Source: a virus (Duplodnaviria > Caudoviricetes). Taken from it: a DNA stretch of 36,339 nucleotides. The position numbers and the translations under genes are program-made. Shown here in pieces: positions 8,457 to 16,888 of this stretch. The stretch spans positions 1 through 36,339 of the IMG/VR virus record IMGVR_UViG_3300014775_000737. One strand, 5' to 3'. Under the pieces are notes generated by a model. That model saw nothing but the letters and a program-made list of their open reading frames with translations, had not been told where the DNA came from and did not search any database. Positions within the stretch are counted from its first letter, which is position 1, and each line of letters starts with the position of its first letter.

Positions 8457-9425
8457 GTAATCGAAATCATATGTAGAAGTATTCTCTTCAACATACTTCG
8501 CTATATCATAGCCCTCCATCCACGCTTGGTTCCAATCCTTGAACCTTGGGGGTGGGGGGCAAACTTTTAGGGGCGGCATCATCATCTTCTTTCTGAGCCT
8601 ATCCGCTCTCTCCAAACCTTCAATTCCAGCGGTGTCATTATCGTAGGCAATAACTGGCACTATCCCATCCTCTCGGAATACTCTCATTTGCTCCTCTGAG
8701 ATAGAGCAGCCCTGAGTACACGTTGCGTATAGCTGAGAGAGTTCCAGAGACCTTGCATCCAGTGGTCCCTCTACTACCATCACTTCAGTTCCAGCGGCGT
8801 GTGGGTAATCCCAGAGTATCTCAGACGCCTTCGGTGCCTCCTGCCTCTCTGGGTTCAAATACTTAGGGAATTGTCCATCAGACAAGGCTCGTGCCTGGAA
8901 ATAGTAAATAGTTCCTTCGGAATCACGATAAGGGATAATTAGTCTACCTTCATAACGTCCCGAGGTTGCTACATAAAAGGGGGCGTCCTCAAAAACCTCT
9001 AAATTGAAAAGACCTCTATCCCACAGGTATACCCAAGCCTTTTCAATAAGAGGAGTAGGGTTGTCCTCAACAGACCTAATATGTACAGGAACCCAACCCG
9101 TAGTATCAATCGTTTCGTAGGACTGAGCGCCTTGCTCCACAAACTCTGGGAGGCTATCTTCTCTTACCAACTCTTCAAGGGTAAGTTCTGCTTCGGCTCT
9201 CTTGTAAGAGATGCCCTTCACAAAAGCGTAGAACGAAAAGAAGTTTCCTTTCTTATGAGCCGAGAAGTCTTGCCACAGACCTGTTTCCAAGTTCATCGAA
9301 AACTTGTGGCGGTAGTCATCAGTGAAAGGAGAAGGCATGGTAAACTCCCGTCCCCCAGACATCAAACGGCCCTTTTCCCCGAAATATTTGGCTAAAAACT
9401 CTCTAATAAGTAAAGGAGATACCAT
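8427..9425 (-). CDS. DnaG-type DNA primase (TOPRIM), T4 gp61-like, with degenerate zinc-binding domain
   Basis: GRLIIPY...YFQARAL...PKYLN, VVEGPLDA, TQG, AYDNDTAG, KDWNQ. Confidence 0.9.
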   Translation of the reverse strand: MVSPLLIREFLAKYFGEKGRLMSGGREFTMPSPFTDDYRHKFSMNLETGLWQDFSAHKKGNFFSFYAFVKGISYKRAEAELTLEELVREDSLPEFVEQGAQSYETIDTTGWVPVHIRSVEDNPTPLIEKAWVYLWDRGLFNLEVFEDAPFYVATSGRYEGRLIIPYRDSEGTIYYFQARALSDGQFPKYLNPERQEAPKASEILWDYPHAAGTEVMVVEGPLDARSLELSQLYATCTQGCSISEEQMRVFREDGIVPVIAYDNDTAGIEGLERADRLRKKMMMPPLKVCPPPPRFKDWNQAWMEGYDIAKYVEENTSTYDFDYLVNSEVERG

Positions 9426-10206
9426 GTTTATAAACTCAATGTCAGAATCAAAATCAAATACCTTCGAGCAATGTAGGCTGAAGTATAAATATTACTATGT
9501 TGACAAGCTGGAGAAGCAGGGTGAAAAACAACCCCATCTCGATTTTGGATCATACATCCATGAAATCTTTGAGCTTGGGTACGAGAAGGACACCCTTGCC
9601 GACCTCCTTATTATAGCAAACGACATCAAAAAATCTTACCGTATCACCGAGGGGTACGAAAAAAAGGTCGAGACATGCCTGAGAAACTTCCTTCGGTTCA
9701 ACGCCTCCCTTGGTGAGACTATAGGTGCAGAGTGGGCTTACGAGGTAGTCTATGATAGCGAAAAGGACATCAAGTTCAACGGTATCATTGACCGAATCAT
9801 TAGATCCAAGGATGGTAAGGAGTTCCTAATTATTGATTACAAGACTGGAAGAAGGGAACTCAAGAAGCATGATCTCTTCCAGAACACTCAGCTTCAAGGC
9901 TACGCCTATGCTGTTCATAAGCTGATGGAAGTTCCTATCGAGAATATCACTGTAGCACACTACTACCCTATGTCTGGGAACTTTGTGTCAGTGAAGTATT
10001 CTTGGCCCCAGATAGGAAGTTACCTCAAGAAGAAGCTTACTACATTCTGGAACATCAGGAAAGCTAAGAAGGATGATATGTGCCCAAGCCAGAACCAGTT
10101 CTGCGATTGGTGTGACTATAAGGATATCTGTCCTATATTCAACAACCAGAGTAAGATCAACGAAAGTAAGGAATCTATGTACTCTGTAAGAAAGAGAAGG
10201 TCTTAG
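9424..10206 (+). CDS. PD-(D/E)XK exonuclease, Cas4/AddB/RecB-like, with four-Cys Fe-S motif (about 260 aa)
   Basis: Start ATG at 9424 after AAGGAG at 9413-9418. SxSK..FEQC, FGSYIHEIFE, E, GIIDRI, IIDYKTG, QLQGYA, CDWCDYKDIC. Confidence 0.88.
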   Translation: MFINSMSESKSNTFEQCRLKYKYYYVDKLEKQGEKQPHLDFGSYIHEIFELGYEKDTLADLLIIANDIKKSYRITEGYEKKVETCLRNFLRFNASLGETIGAEWAYEVVYDSEKDIKFNGIIDRIIRSKDGKEFLIIDYKTGRRELKKHDLFQNTQLQGYAYAVHKLMEVPIENITVAHYYPMSGNFVSVKYSWPQIGSYLKKKLTTFWNIRKAKKDDMCPSQNQFCDWCDYKDICPIFNNQSKINESKESMYSVRKRRS

Positions 10207-10487
10207 TTGATCTGGGGGTAGTAAAGGTCGAGATCAATAGAATCGTAGAAGTTACTGATTTGATCCATAGAATACTTTAACTTCTTGTGGAAATAATTAG
10301 TAAGTACAGATCTCTTTATTGGTCTCTTTTTACTTAATGATTCTACTATCTTTAGTTGAAAGACCTTAAGAAACCTTTCACTATACTTATACTTCCATTT
10401 ATCAATGAAGTCTTTACTTAAAGTAAAATCAATAAGATCAATAAAGTCTACTATATTAACATGATCATTATACTCTGTACTGTACAT
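10203..10487 (-). CDS. Hypothetical helical protein, 94 aa
   Basis: Exactly fills the gap between the nuclease and the AT-rich intergenic region. Its stop overlaps the nuclease stop. Confidence 0.7.
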   Translation of the reverse strand: MYSTEYNDHVNIVDFIDLIDFTLSKDFIDKWKYKYSERFLKVFQLKIVESLSKKRPIKRSVLTNYFHKKLKYSMDQISNFYDSIDLDLYYPQIN

Positions 10488-10543
10488 TTCTTTCTTTCTT
10501 ATCCTTAATATATAATATTATAGAGGAAAGACGACAGAAAATT
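10488..10543. promoter_or_regulatory. Putative bidirectional promoter, palindrome TATAATATTATA
   Basis: Perfect 12-bp palindrome at 10511-10522, giving TATAAT on both strands in a divergent gap upstream of the tail operon. Confidence 0.6.
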
Positions 10544-11011
10544 ATGGAAAATCTCCCCAGAGGACAAAAAAAAGATGAGGCAGACAAGCTCAAGGGCATT
10601 TTTGATACAGAATTCTTTGAGGACCACCAGTTCTCCAGCAAGAAAAAAGTTAACAATCTCTCTGTAGGAGACATAGCCTACTTCCAGTATCCTACTGATG
10701 ATGCCCAGCATCTTGTCCTGGTAGTTAAAACTTCTAAGGCACTCACAGGACACTATGTGGCTAGAGGAACAGGAAACCCTTTATTGACAGTGTTCAAGTT
10801 GACGGACGTTTCACCAGATGTATTGAATTCCAGTATGAATATACTATATAAGAAAGGAGTAGTAAATCCCGCTAAAATGCCCCAGAAAGAGAAGCGAAGA
10901 TTTGATTACTTCAGTAAGGTGAAACAAGGCATGACGGCTTTATTCGGGAAGAAGTCGTTCAGAACATATAACAAGAATCGCATTGTTGGAGACTGTTGGG
11001 TACTTAGATAA
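10544..11011 (+). CDS. Basic hypothetical protein, possibly remote T4 gp2-like DNA end protector
   Basis: VGDIAYFQY...LVLVV...FRTYNKNRI resembles the layout of gp2-like proteins. The similarity is weak and judged by eye. Confidence 0.4.
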   Translation: MENLPRGQKKDEADKLKGIFDTEFFEDHQFSSKKKVNNLSVGDIAYFQYPTDDAQHLVLVVKTSKALTGHYVARGTGNPLLTVFKLTDVSPDVLNSSMNILYKKGVVNPAKMPQKEKRRFDYFSKVKQGMTALFGKKSFRTYNKNRIVGDCWVLR

Positions 11012-12624
11012 TGGCAACCGACCCAGTATTAAACGCACTAAATGAGCAAATAAAAAACCTAGAAGCTACCCTTGAGGAACTTATAGCTAGCAACGAAAAG
11101 CTTGGCGGGGAGAAGGGTGGAGGCATAATGGGCTTGACAACGCTGATGGGAGGTCCAGTGGCTATTGGACTTGGTGCGTTAACCACAGCCTTAACTACTG
11201 TCTTTAGCGTAATGTCTAAGTCTCTTACTATGTATGATAAAGTAGAGACAGAACTTAGAAAAAATAGCTTTAGCCTCTCAAAGAACCTACAGACCGCAGA
11301 AAATATGTCCATCGTCATGGGTGAGATGGTCAATAGTCTTGATGCCGCTAAGTTTATGATGGTCGCCCAGAGGTCTGGTCTAGATCAAAACAGTAAGGAG
11401 TTGCAGGGACTATTTAAGACGGTACAAGATCTAGGCGGCGACTTTGGGGTGTATACGGCGCAGCTAAGGAAGAGCACTTTAGGTACGGATAACTCTTCAG
11501 ATGCCTTGATAAAGACATTGGAGGGCACCACCAAAGCTACCAATATCAGTCGAGAAAACTTAATTAAGGCATTAGATTCTGTCTCTACGGAGATGGTAAA
11601 CATGATGTCTGCCGTTAGCACTGGTGGAGCAGAGGGCGTTCAGAAAAGCGCAGTAATACTCAGGGGCGTCTTGAAAGACCCAACCCTATTCAGGGGCGCA
11701 ATGGCTAGTATCTCGCAAATGGTACAAGCAGGGGGTTTCCAAACGGCAGCATTGACGGGGACCACCGATCTCCGCAAGCAGATGTTCCAAGATACTGGAC
11801 CTGGGGCTGCTATCGAGGCAACTATCAAAATGGGTCAAGCAGCCCAAAGGATTGCTAATCAGGTAAAGGGGTCTGAGTTAGGACCAGAGATGTTGGAGGG
11901 TTTCCAAAAGATCCCAGGTATGATGAACATAGGTCAACAGGTTAGAGTCCTTGAGCAAATGAGGGACTTTGCTAGAGACGAGCTTGGTCTATCTGAAGAC
12001 GAAATTATGAATAGCAAAACACTATCACAAGCTATTCAAAATGATATTACAGCAAAGAAAGATGCTGACGAAAAGATGGTTCGTAGTTTAGATAGTTTGA
12101 AGAGAGAGATTCTTGCTCCTTTTGTTAATGCTATGGCTACATTTGGAAAAGAGATCAAGGAGTTCCTAAACTTAAACAAGGATGCTATAGCTGATCTGAT
12201 GCCTATGGTTGCTGGTGTGTTCAAGCAAGTAGGGTTAGCTATTCTTGATGGAGTGATGTGGTTAGCTGACTGGTTAGGAAAATCAGAATTAGCTCAAGGT
12301 ATTCGGGAAGTCACCATGCAAGTGGACGGAATGAGAACCACAGCAGCTTCAGAAGCAATAAAAGCAGAAGAAGAAAGAAAGAAAGCTGATAGAAAGGAGA
12401 GAGCAGAGAAAGCAAGGGAAAACATGCTAAATACTCAGAACATGGCTCTCAACTTACAAATAAAACAAACCTACAGAGTTATCGAAGTTCTTGAAAAGAA
12501 TAACAGAATCTCTGAGGAACAAAGAGAACTGCAAAGAGCCCTTAAAGAGAAACAGTTGGTCGTACCTATGTCATCTCCAGTAGGAGGTATTGTAGGCAAC
12601 AGAGGGGCAGGAACGCGAGGGTAA
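11011..12624 (+). CDS. Tape measure protein, 537 aa
   Basis: All-helical and rich in Ala/Met/Gln/Lys, with two hydrophobic segments (MGGPVAIGLGALTTALTTVF; VGLAILDGVMWLADWLG). Lies directly upstream of the tube initiator and gp53-like genes. Confidence 0.75.
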   Translation: MATDPVLNALNEQIKNLEATLEELIASNEKLGGEKGGGIMGLTTLMGGPVAIGLGALTTALTTVFSVMSKSLTMYDKVETELRKNSFSLSKNLQTAENMSIVMGEMVNSLDAAKFMMVAQRSGLDQNSKELQGLFKTVQDLGGDFGVYTAQLRKSTLGTDNSSDALIKTLEGTTKATNISRENLIKALDSVSTEMVNMMSAVSTGGAEGVQKSAVILRGVLKDPTLFRGAMASISQMVQAGGFQTAALTGTTDLRKQMFQDTGPGAAIEATIKMGQAAQRIANQVKGSELGPEMLEGFQKIPGMMNIGQQVRVLEQMRDFARDELGLSEDEIMNSKTLSQAIQNDITAKKDADEKMVRSLDSLKREILAPFVNAMATFGKEIKEFLNLNKDAIADLMPMVAGVFKQVGLAILDGVMWLADWLGKSELAQGIREVTMQVDGMRTTAASEAIKAEEERKKADRKERAEKARENMLNTQNMALNLQIKQTYRVIEVLEKNNRISEEQRELQRALKEKQLVVPMSSPVGGIVGNRGAGTRG

Positions 12625-12627
12625 GCA

Positions 12628-13599
12628 ATGTCATTCAATTTTTTAAACTTAGAAACAGACTCCAACAATAATCTTACTAGCCCAGTAGACTTACGCCTAC
12701 TTGGTCTCAGGTCTGGTCTAATGTTTGAGTATCCCTCATTGAAGGCTAAGGAGCAACAGTTAGTATTTTTCCTCCCTTTCTTTGAGAACCCTGAGATTAC
12801 TGAGAATAGACAGTCCAGACTTGTAGAATATGATGTTATCAATAGAGGTAGCACTTATTTTGCTCATGTAGGCGCAAAGGCTAGAACCTTCTCACTGAGA
12901 TTCAACCTAACTCTGGATCACATTCTCAACTCCATATCAGCAGTTCAGAACTCTCAAACACTTATACAGAGTGTCTTTAGTGATAGAGAGAAAGATAAGT
13001 TTAGTCCCAAGACACTTACTCCCTTTGAGACAGAGAATGAGAGAGGTAAGAGAGTAAATGCCGTTGAGCAGACCATAAGACAATGGCAAGAGAGAGTAGC
13101 AGATGAATATCAGCCTGAACTTCAGGGGGAAGTGATAGGAACACCCGGATTCGGTGTAGGAGTTGGTGGATTTGAGGGGCCACCCGCAGATGGGGAGATA
13201 CAACCTCTCCCTAATGAAGTATCATTCAATATGTCTAAAGAAGCGCGATCAATGATGAACACTTTGATATTTATTTTAGACATAATAAGAACTGCTGGAA
13301 TGTCTAATCAAACAAAAACTGCTCTCGGTCCACCTATAATAAGGTTGAGGCATGGTGCTGCTTACCGAGACGTGCCTTGTATTCTCAGAACAGAGAGCAT
13401 CAACATTGTTGAGGAGGCAGGGTACGACCTAAAGACTCTAATACCTAAGAGGTTTAGTGTAAACTTGGAACTAGCTGAAGTGAGGATGGGGGACTTTAGT
13501 AAGTTCTCTCCAGGGGTTCCCATCAAAAGAGACAACATGGCTGGTTGGGAGTCTGTAATAGATGGACATGGGTATGATCCAGGCAACGGAGCGATATAA
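12628..13599 (+). CDS. Tail tube initiator / baseplate-tube junction protein (gp48/gp54-like fold)
   Basis: LPFFENPEITENRQSRLVEYDVINRG...GAKARTFSLRF and PPIIRLRHG..YRDVPCI...PKRFSVNLELAE, plus synteny. Confidence 0.75.
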   Translation: MSFNFLNLETDSNNNLTSPVDLRLLGLRSGLMFEYPSLKAKEQQLVFFLPFFENPEITENRQSRLVEYDVINRGSTYFAHVGAKARTFSLRFNLTLDHILNSISAVQNSQTLIQSVFSDREKDKFSPKTLTPFETENERGKRVNAVEQTIRQWQERVADEYQPELQGEVIGTPGFGVGVGGFEGPPADGEIQPLPNEVSFNMSKEARSMMNTLIFILDIIRTAGMSNQTKTALGPPIIRLRHGAAYRDVPCILRTESINIVEEAGYDLKTLIPKRFSVNLELAEVRMGDFSKFSPGVPIKRDNMAGWESVIDGHGYDPGNGAI

Positions 13600-13880
13600 T
13601 GGCTGCTTATAACAACTTAACTAACCTTTACAGCCATAAAGGACAAGTCGTATCTCTTGCTTTTGGCAATGATTACTTTGATTACTTTAGTAAATCTACT
13701 AAATCGTTGTTCTCTAGAAGTGAAAAAGTAGTTCCTGTGGGATATGAACACCGACCAGACCTCATCGCTAATGTATTTTTTGATGATCCAAGTCTTTGGT
13801 TCATAGTTATGAGTGATAATGGGTTATTTGACCCCTTTGAGTCTCTTACTCAACAAGATAGATTAATGTTACCTAACTAA
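13599..13880 (+). CDS. Baseplate wedge protein, T4 gp53 / LysM-like
   Basis: GYEHRPDLIANVFFDDPSLWFIVMSDNGLFDPFESL...LMLP. Confidence 0.85.
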   Translation: MAAYNNLTNLYSHKGQVVSLAFGNDYFDYFSKSTKSLFSRSEKVVPVGYEHRPDLIANVFFDDPSLWFIVMSDNGLFDPFESLTQQDRLMLPN

Positions 13881-16800
13881 TGAGTGTTGAATCCGCACAA
13901 GTTGTTTTATTTTTTACTAATAAAGACGGAGACTCTGTAAACTCTTTTACTGAAAAAAGAGCAAGGGGTTCAGAAAACTCATCTTTTTCTTCTTGGTATG
14001 AACAATTCAAAGAAAAGTGTTTTCTTTTTAGCTCAAATGGTCAAGGTAACCTAATTTCGTTCAACACTTCCTTCAATATGAAGGAGTCTAAGTCCCAAGG
14101 TGTATACACTTTTCAGATATTAGATCCTACTAATACCTTTGAGAAAGATTTCTTTACGCAGTTCTATGATGGAGAGGCACTTTCTAAGTCCTTAGATGAG
14201 GTATTATCTAAGATAAATAAAAATTTAGCAGGGGTAGATAGTTCCACAGATAAAATAACTGAGGGAGGTCTATTGGATAACCCCCTTACACCATTTTCAG
14301 ATCCGAACAAGACAAGATTAGACCTTGCTCCTAAGACATGGTTAGATGATGTAAGGACAGAGGCTAATAAGTTCTCCTCAGAGCCCTACAATACTCCTCT
14401 CTATGTTAGTTATGGTATGGGGGACGACCTTAAAGTATGGAGTCCCTTAGTAAGAGTGAACCTCAGATACATAGACTATAGTTTAAATGAGAACGGGGTT
14501 AGAACTTTAACTTTATCCTTTGTTCCTAATGTTGGGTTAGGGCTTCTTTCAGATAGTAACCATGAAGAACATCAATATTTCAGGAACACTGACAGGACAA
14601 GAGTATCTTCTAAGGTTCCTGTAGTTCTTAAGGGAGGTAATGACCCTAAGCTACAGAAGAATGATGTGATCTATATTGATCTAATCAAAGCTATACTTAC
14701 TTTACTAACTAACTTGTTCTCAATCCAAACTAAATCCGTCTGCCTTACATTACTTCCAGACCTTATAGTAAACTTGAAAAAGAAGTATAAGTCTTTTGTA
14801 GTAAAAGCAGTAAAGCAAACGCTCTCCGAAGATTTAGGTAGATTAACGCTGGCAGGATTATCAGCATCGGGTCAACCTGAAATACTTACTAAACAAAAAG
14901 CCGCAGAGAGGATTGCCGAAAGTATATTAAATGATAAAGCTGTTAAATCCTTAGTAGCAATAGGTAAAGATGTTAACAGTATTCTCCCAGAGGAGAGTAA
15001 GTTTGTGGTAGACGGGGCTGATGTAAATGGCCGATATCGGGATCTTAGAAAAGAGTTTGTAAGTTTAGATACTGATGACATGGCGGCTATTGGTTTATCC
15101 GTTCTCGGAGATGTAGCAGGTGCTATAGCATTAAATCAGACTGAGCAGCTTCTTGTAGGGGGTGCCCACAATGCGTTGGGGAACGTCCTAGGGCTGGGCG
15201 GCAAGTTTGCTGGATGGCTTGGTCTTACCGACGACGAAACACAAGCCCGCGTGCAAAAGGAGATCGCGGAGTCAAAGGCCGCTTCTATAAAAAATATACA
15301 AAAAGAACTAAATATAGCTTCAAAAGCAAAGAGAGCCTTTGAGTCTGCTGAGAAGGAAAAAATAGAAGAAAAACTAAGTGGAATAGAAGCAAGGAATATT
15401 GTAGTAAAGGACGATTTCAAACTATCCATAGTTCTCAAATCAATAAAACTGTTCTGCCAGTCCCTAGGCATCAATATGACCATAAACACTGATTCTAAAA
15501 ACACAAAAAATGTTGGGGACACTAATGGAACTCCTGATAACAAAAAATCTATTCCTAATTACTTCATAGATAAGACTTTAGATAAAAATGAAAGTTCTTT
15601 AGATTTTTTACAAAAGGTTCTTAGTAAATTAGATATAACTCAAGAAGTTGATTACTCTATACTCTGTCTATCCGAACCTAGGTTAGTTACCTCCTTCTAT
15701 GAGAGTCTAACTTCTTTTGCTATTGATAATAGTACAGGTATTATAGACATAGATAAGGCAGGAAAACTATTAAGAGGTCAGGATACTGTGACAGTGGTAA
15801 TAGATTCTAAAATGTCTAGTAGGTTAGGAGTCTACAATAATACATCCGATGATCCTGATGGAATTTCTACAGGGGGTATAGCATTACTATCAGCGCACAA
15901 GGAATCCCTAGCAGAAGAGCCTAGATTGCTAGAAGGTCAGGGAGGATTTAATAAATTATTTCATAACTTAACCCCTGACCAGTTACAGTTAGCTCAGACA
16001 GATACGGTTTCTACGGAGCTTTCTTTATTAACTACTGATGAAGAGTTAGCAGGTATAGGATCAGAAGCTATTCAAAATAAACTAGAAGATTTTGCTTATC
16101 CAACTTTCAGATATGGTTTTAAAGATTCAAACGTAACTGGATTTAGTTTCGAGATGAAGCAATGGTTCTCTTACCTTCTTCAGATCATCCCCACAACTTA
16201 CATGCAAGGTTTAGTCTCAATGAAGGCTAAGAACAATGAGATAGTTCAGGATGTTTTAAAGAGAATTCAGGGTTCTGAGGAGGATCTCAACAAAGCAATA
16301 GAAGTATCCTTGCGGGAATGGTACACTGAAAATATCTCCCAGAGGCAGAAGTCCTTGGGGCCAGTGCCATCCAAAACCATAAGTAATCTCTTAGGTATAG
16401 GAGTAGCATCAGACGCTCTAAATACCAACAACCAGGGAGAGTATTCTTTCCAAACTGATTACACTTCTTCAGGTACAACCTCGGTTGTTCCTAGTATGGA
16501 AGAGTTCGTTAGGTCTGCTAAGAGAGTATTATTCAATATAATGAATGCACCTATCTTTTCGGAGTCTCTTTTAGTTGAAGAAGATACGGAAGATTCTATA
16601 TTCAAAAAGCTCCTAACTATGAGGGATTCCTTATCCTCCAAGTTCTTTAGGGGGATGATAACCACACTACCCCTTTTCAATCTATGTTCACCTCAGAACG
16701 TAGTAGGGTTCAATAAAGCCTTGTTCTATTTCATGGAGCCTGAAATCTTTGGTAATAAAGTCCCTACCCCTAAGAACACTTGGCTGTCAGGTCTTTATAC

Positions 16801-16888
16801 TATATTAGGGTACTCCGTAGAGATATCCGGTTCTAATATAAACACCTCATTTCTTATCCAGAAGGATGCTTACCGTGAAAATGTATAA
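13880..16888 (+). CDS. Baseplate hub protein (gp27/gpD-like) with large insertions, 1002 aa
   Basis: Lies between the gp53-like and spike genes. Beta-barrel-type termini (YTFQILDP; FRYGFKDSNVTGFSF; WLSGLYTILGYSVEISG..NTSFLIQK). Confidence 0.65.
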   Translation: MSVESAQVVLFFTNKDGDSVNSFTEKRARGSENSSFSSWYEQFKEKCFLFSSNGQGNLISFNTSFNMKESKSQGVYTFQILDPTNTFEKDFFTQFYDGEALSKSLDEVLSKINKNLAGVDSSTDKITEGGLLDNPLTPFSDPNKTRLDLAPKTWLDDVRTEANKFSSEPYNTPLYVSYGMGDDLKVWSPLVRVNLRYIDYSLNENGVRTLTLSFVPNVGLGLLSDSNHEEHQYFRNTDRTRVSSKVPVVLKGGNDPKLQKNDVIYIDLIKAILTLLTNLFSIQTKSVCLTLLPDLIVNLKKKYKSFVVKAVKQTLSEDLGRLTLAGLSASGQPEILTKQKAAERIAESILNDKAVKSLVAIGKDVNSILPEESKFVVDGADVNGRYRDLRKEFVSLDTDDMAAIGLSVLGDVAGAIALNQTEQLLVGGAHNALGNVLGLGGKFAGWLGLTDDETQARVQKEIAESKAASIKNIQKELNIASKAKRAFESAEKEKIEEKLSGIEARNIVVKDDFKLSIVLKSIKLFCQSLGINMTINTDSKNTKNVGDTNGTPDNKKSIPNYFIDKTLDKNESSLDFLQKVLSKLDITQEVDYSILCLSEPRLVTSFYESLTSFAIDNSTGIIDIDKAGKLLRGQDTVTVVIDSKMSSRLGVYNNTSDDPDGISTGGIALLSAHKESLAEEPRLLEGQGGFNKLFHNLTPDQLQLAQTDTVSTELSLLTTDEELAGIGSEAIQNKLEDFAYPTFRYGFKDSNVTGFSFEMKQWFSYLLQIIPTTYMQGLVSMKAKNNEIVQDVLKRIQGSEEDLNKAIEVSLREWYTENISQRQKSLGPVPSKTISNLLGIGVASDALNTNNQGEYSFQTDYTSSGTTSVVPSMEEFVRSAKRVLFNIMNAPIFSESLLVEEDTEDSIFKKLLTMRDSLSSKFFRGMITTLPLFNLCSPQNVVGFNKALFYFMEPEIFGNKVPTPKNTWLSGLYTILGYSVEISGSNINTSFLIQKDAYRENV

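Noticed and set aside
9322-9423. N-terminal extension of the nuclease as given in the ORF track
   Set aside because: It would overlap the primase antisense by about 100 bp. A good SD precedes ATG 9424 and the family motif begins just after it.
9424-10206. CRISPR-Cas system suggested by the Cas4-like gene
   Set aside because: No cas1/cas2 or effector genes and no repeat-spacer array. There is no non-coding space large enough for one.
5194-10206. Inteins, introns or homing endonucleases in the replication genes
   Set aside because: Protein lengths are normal, motifs are contiguous, and no splicing or LAGLIDADG/HNH/GIY-YIG signatures were seen.
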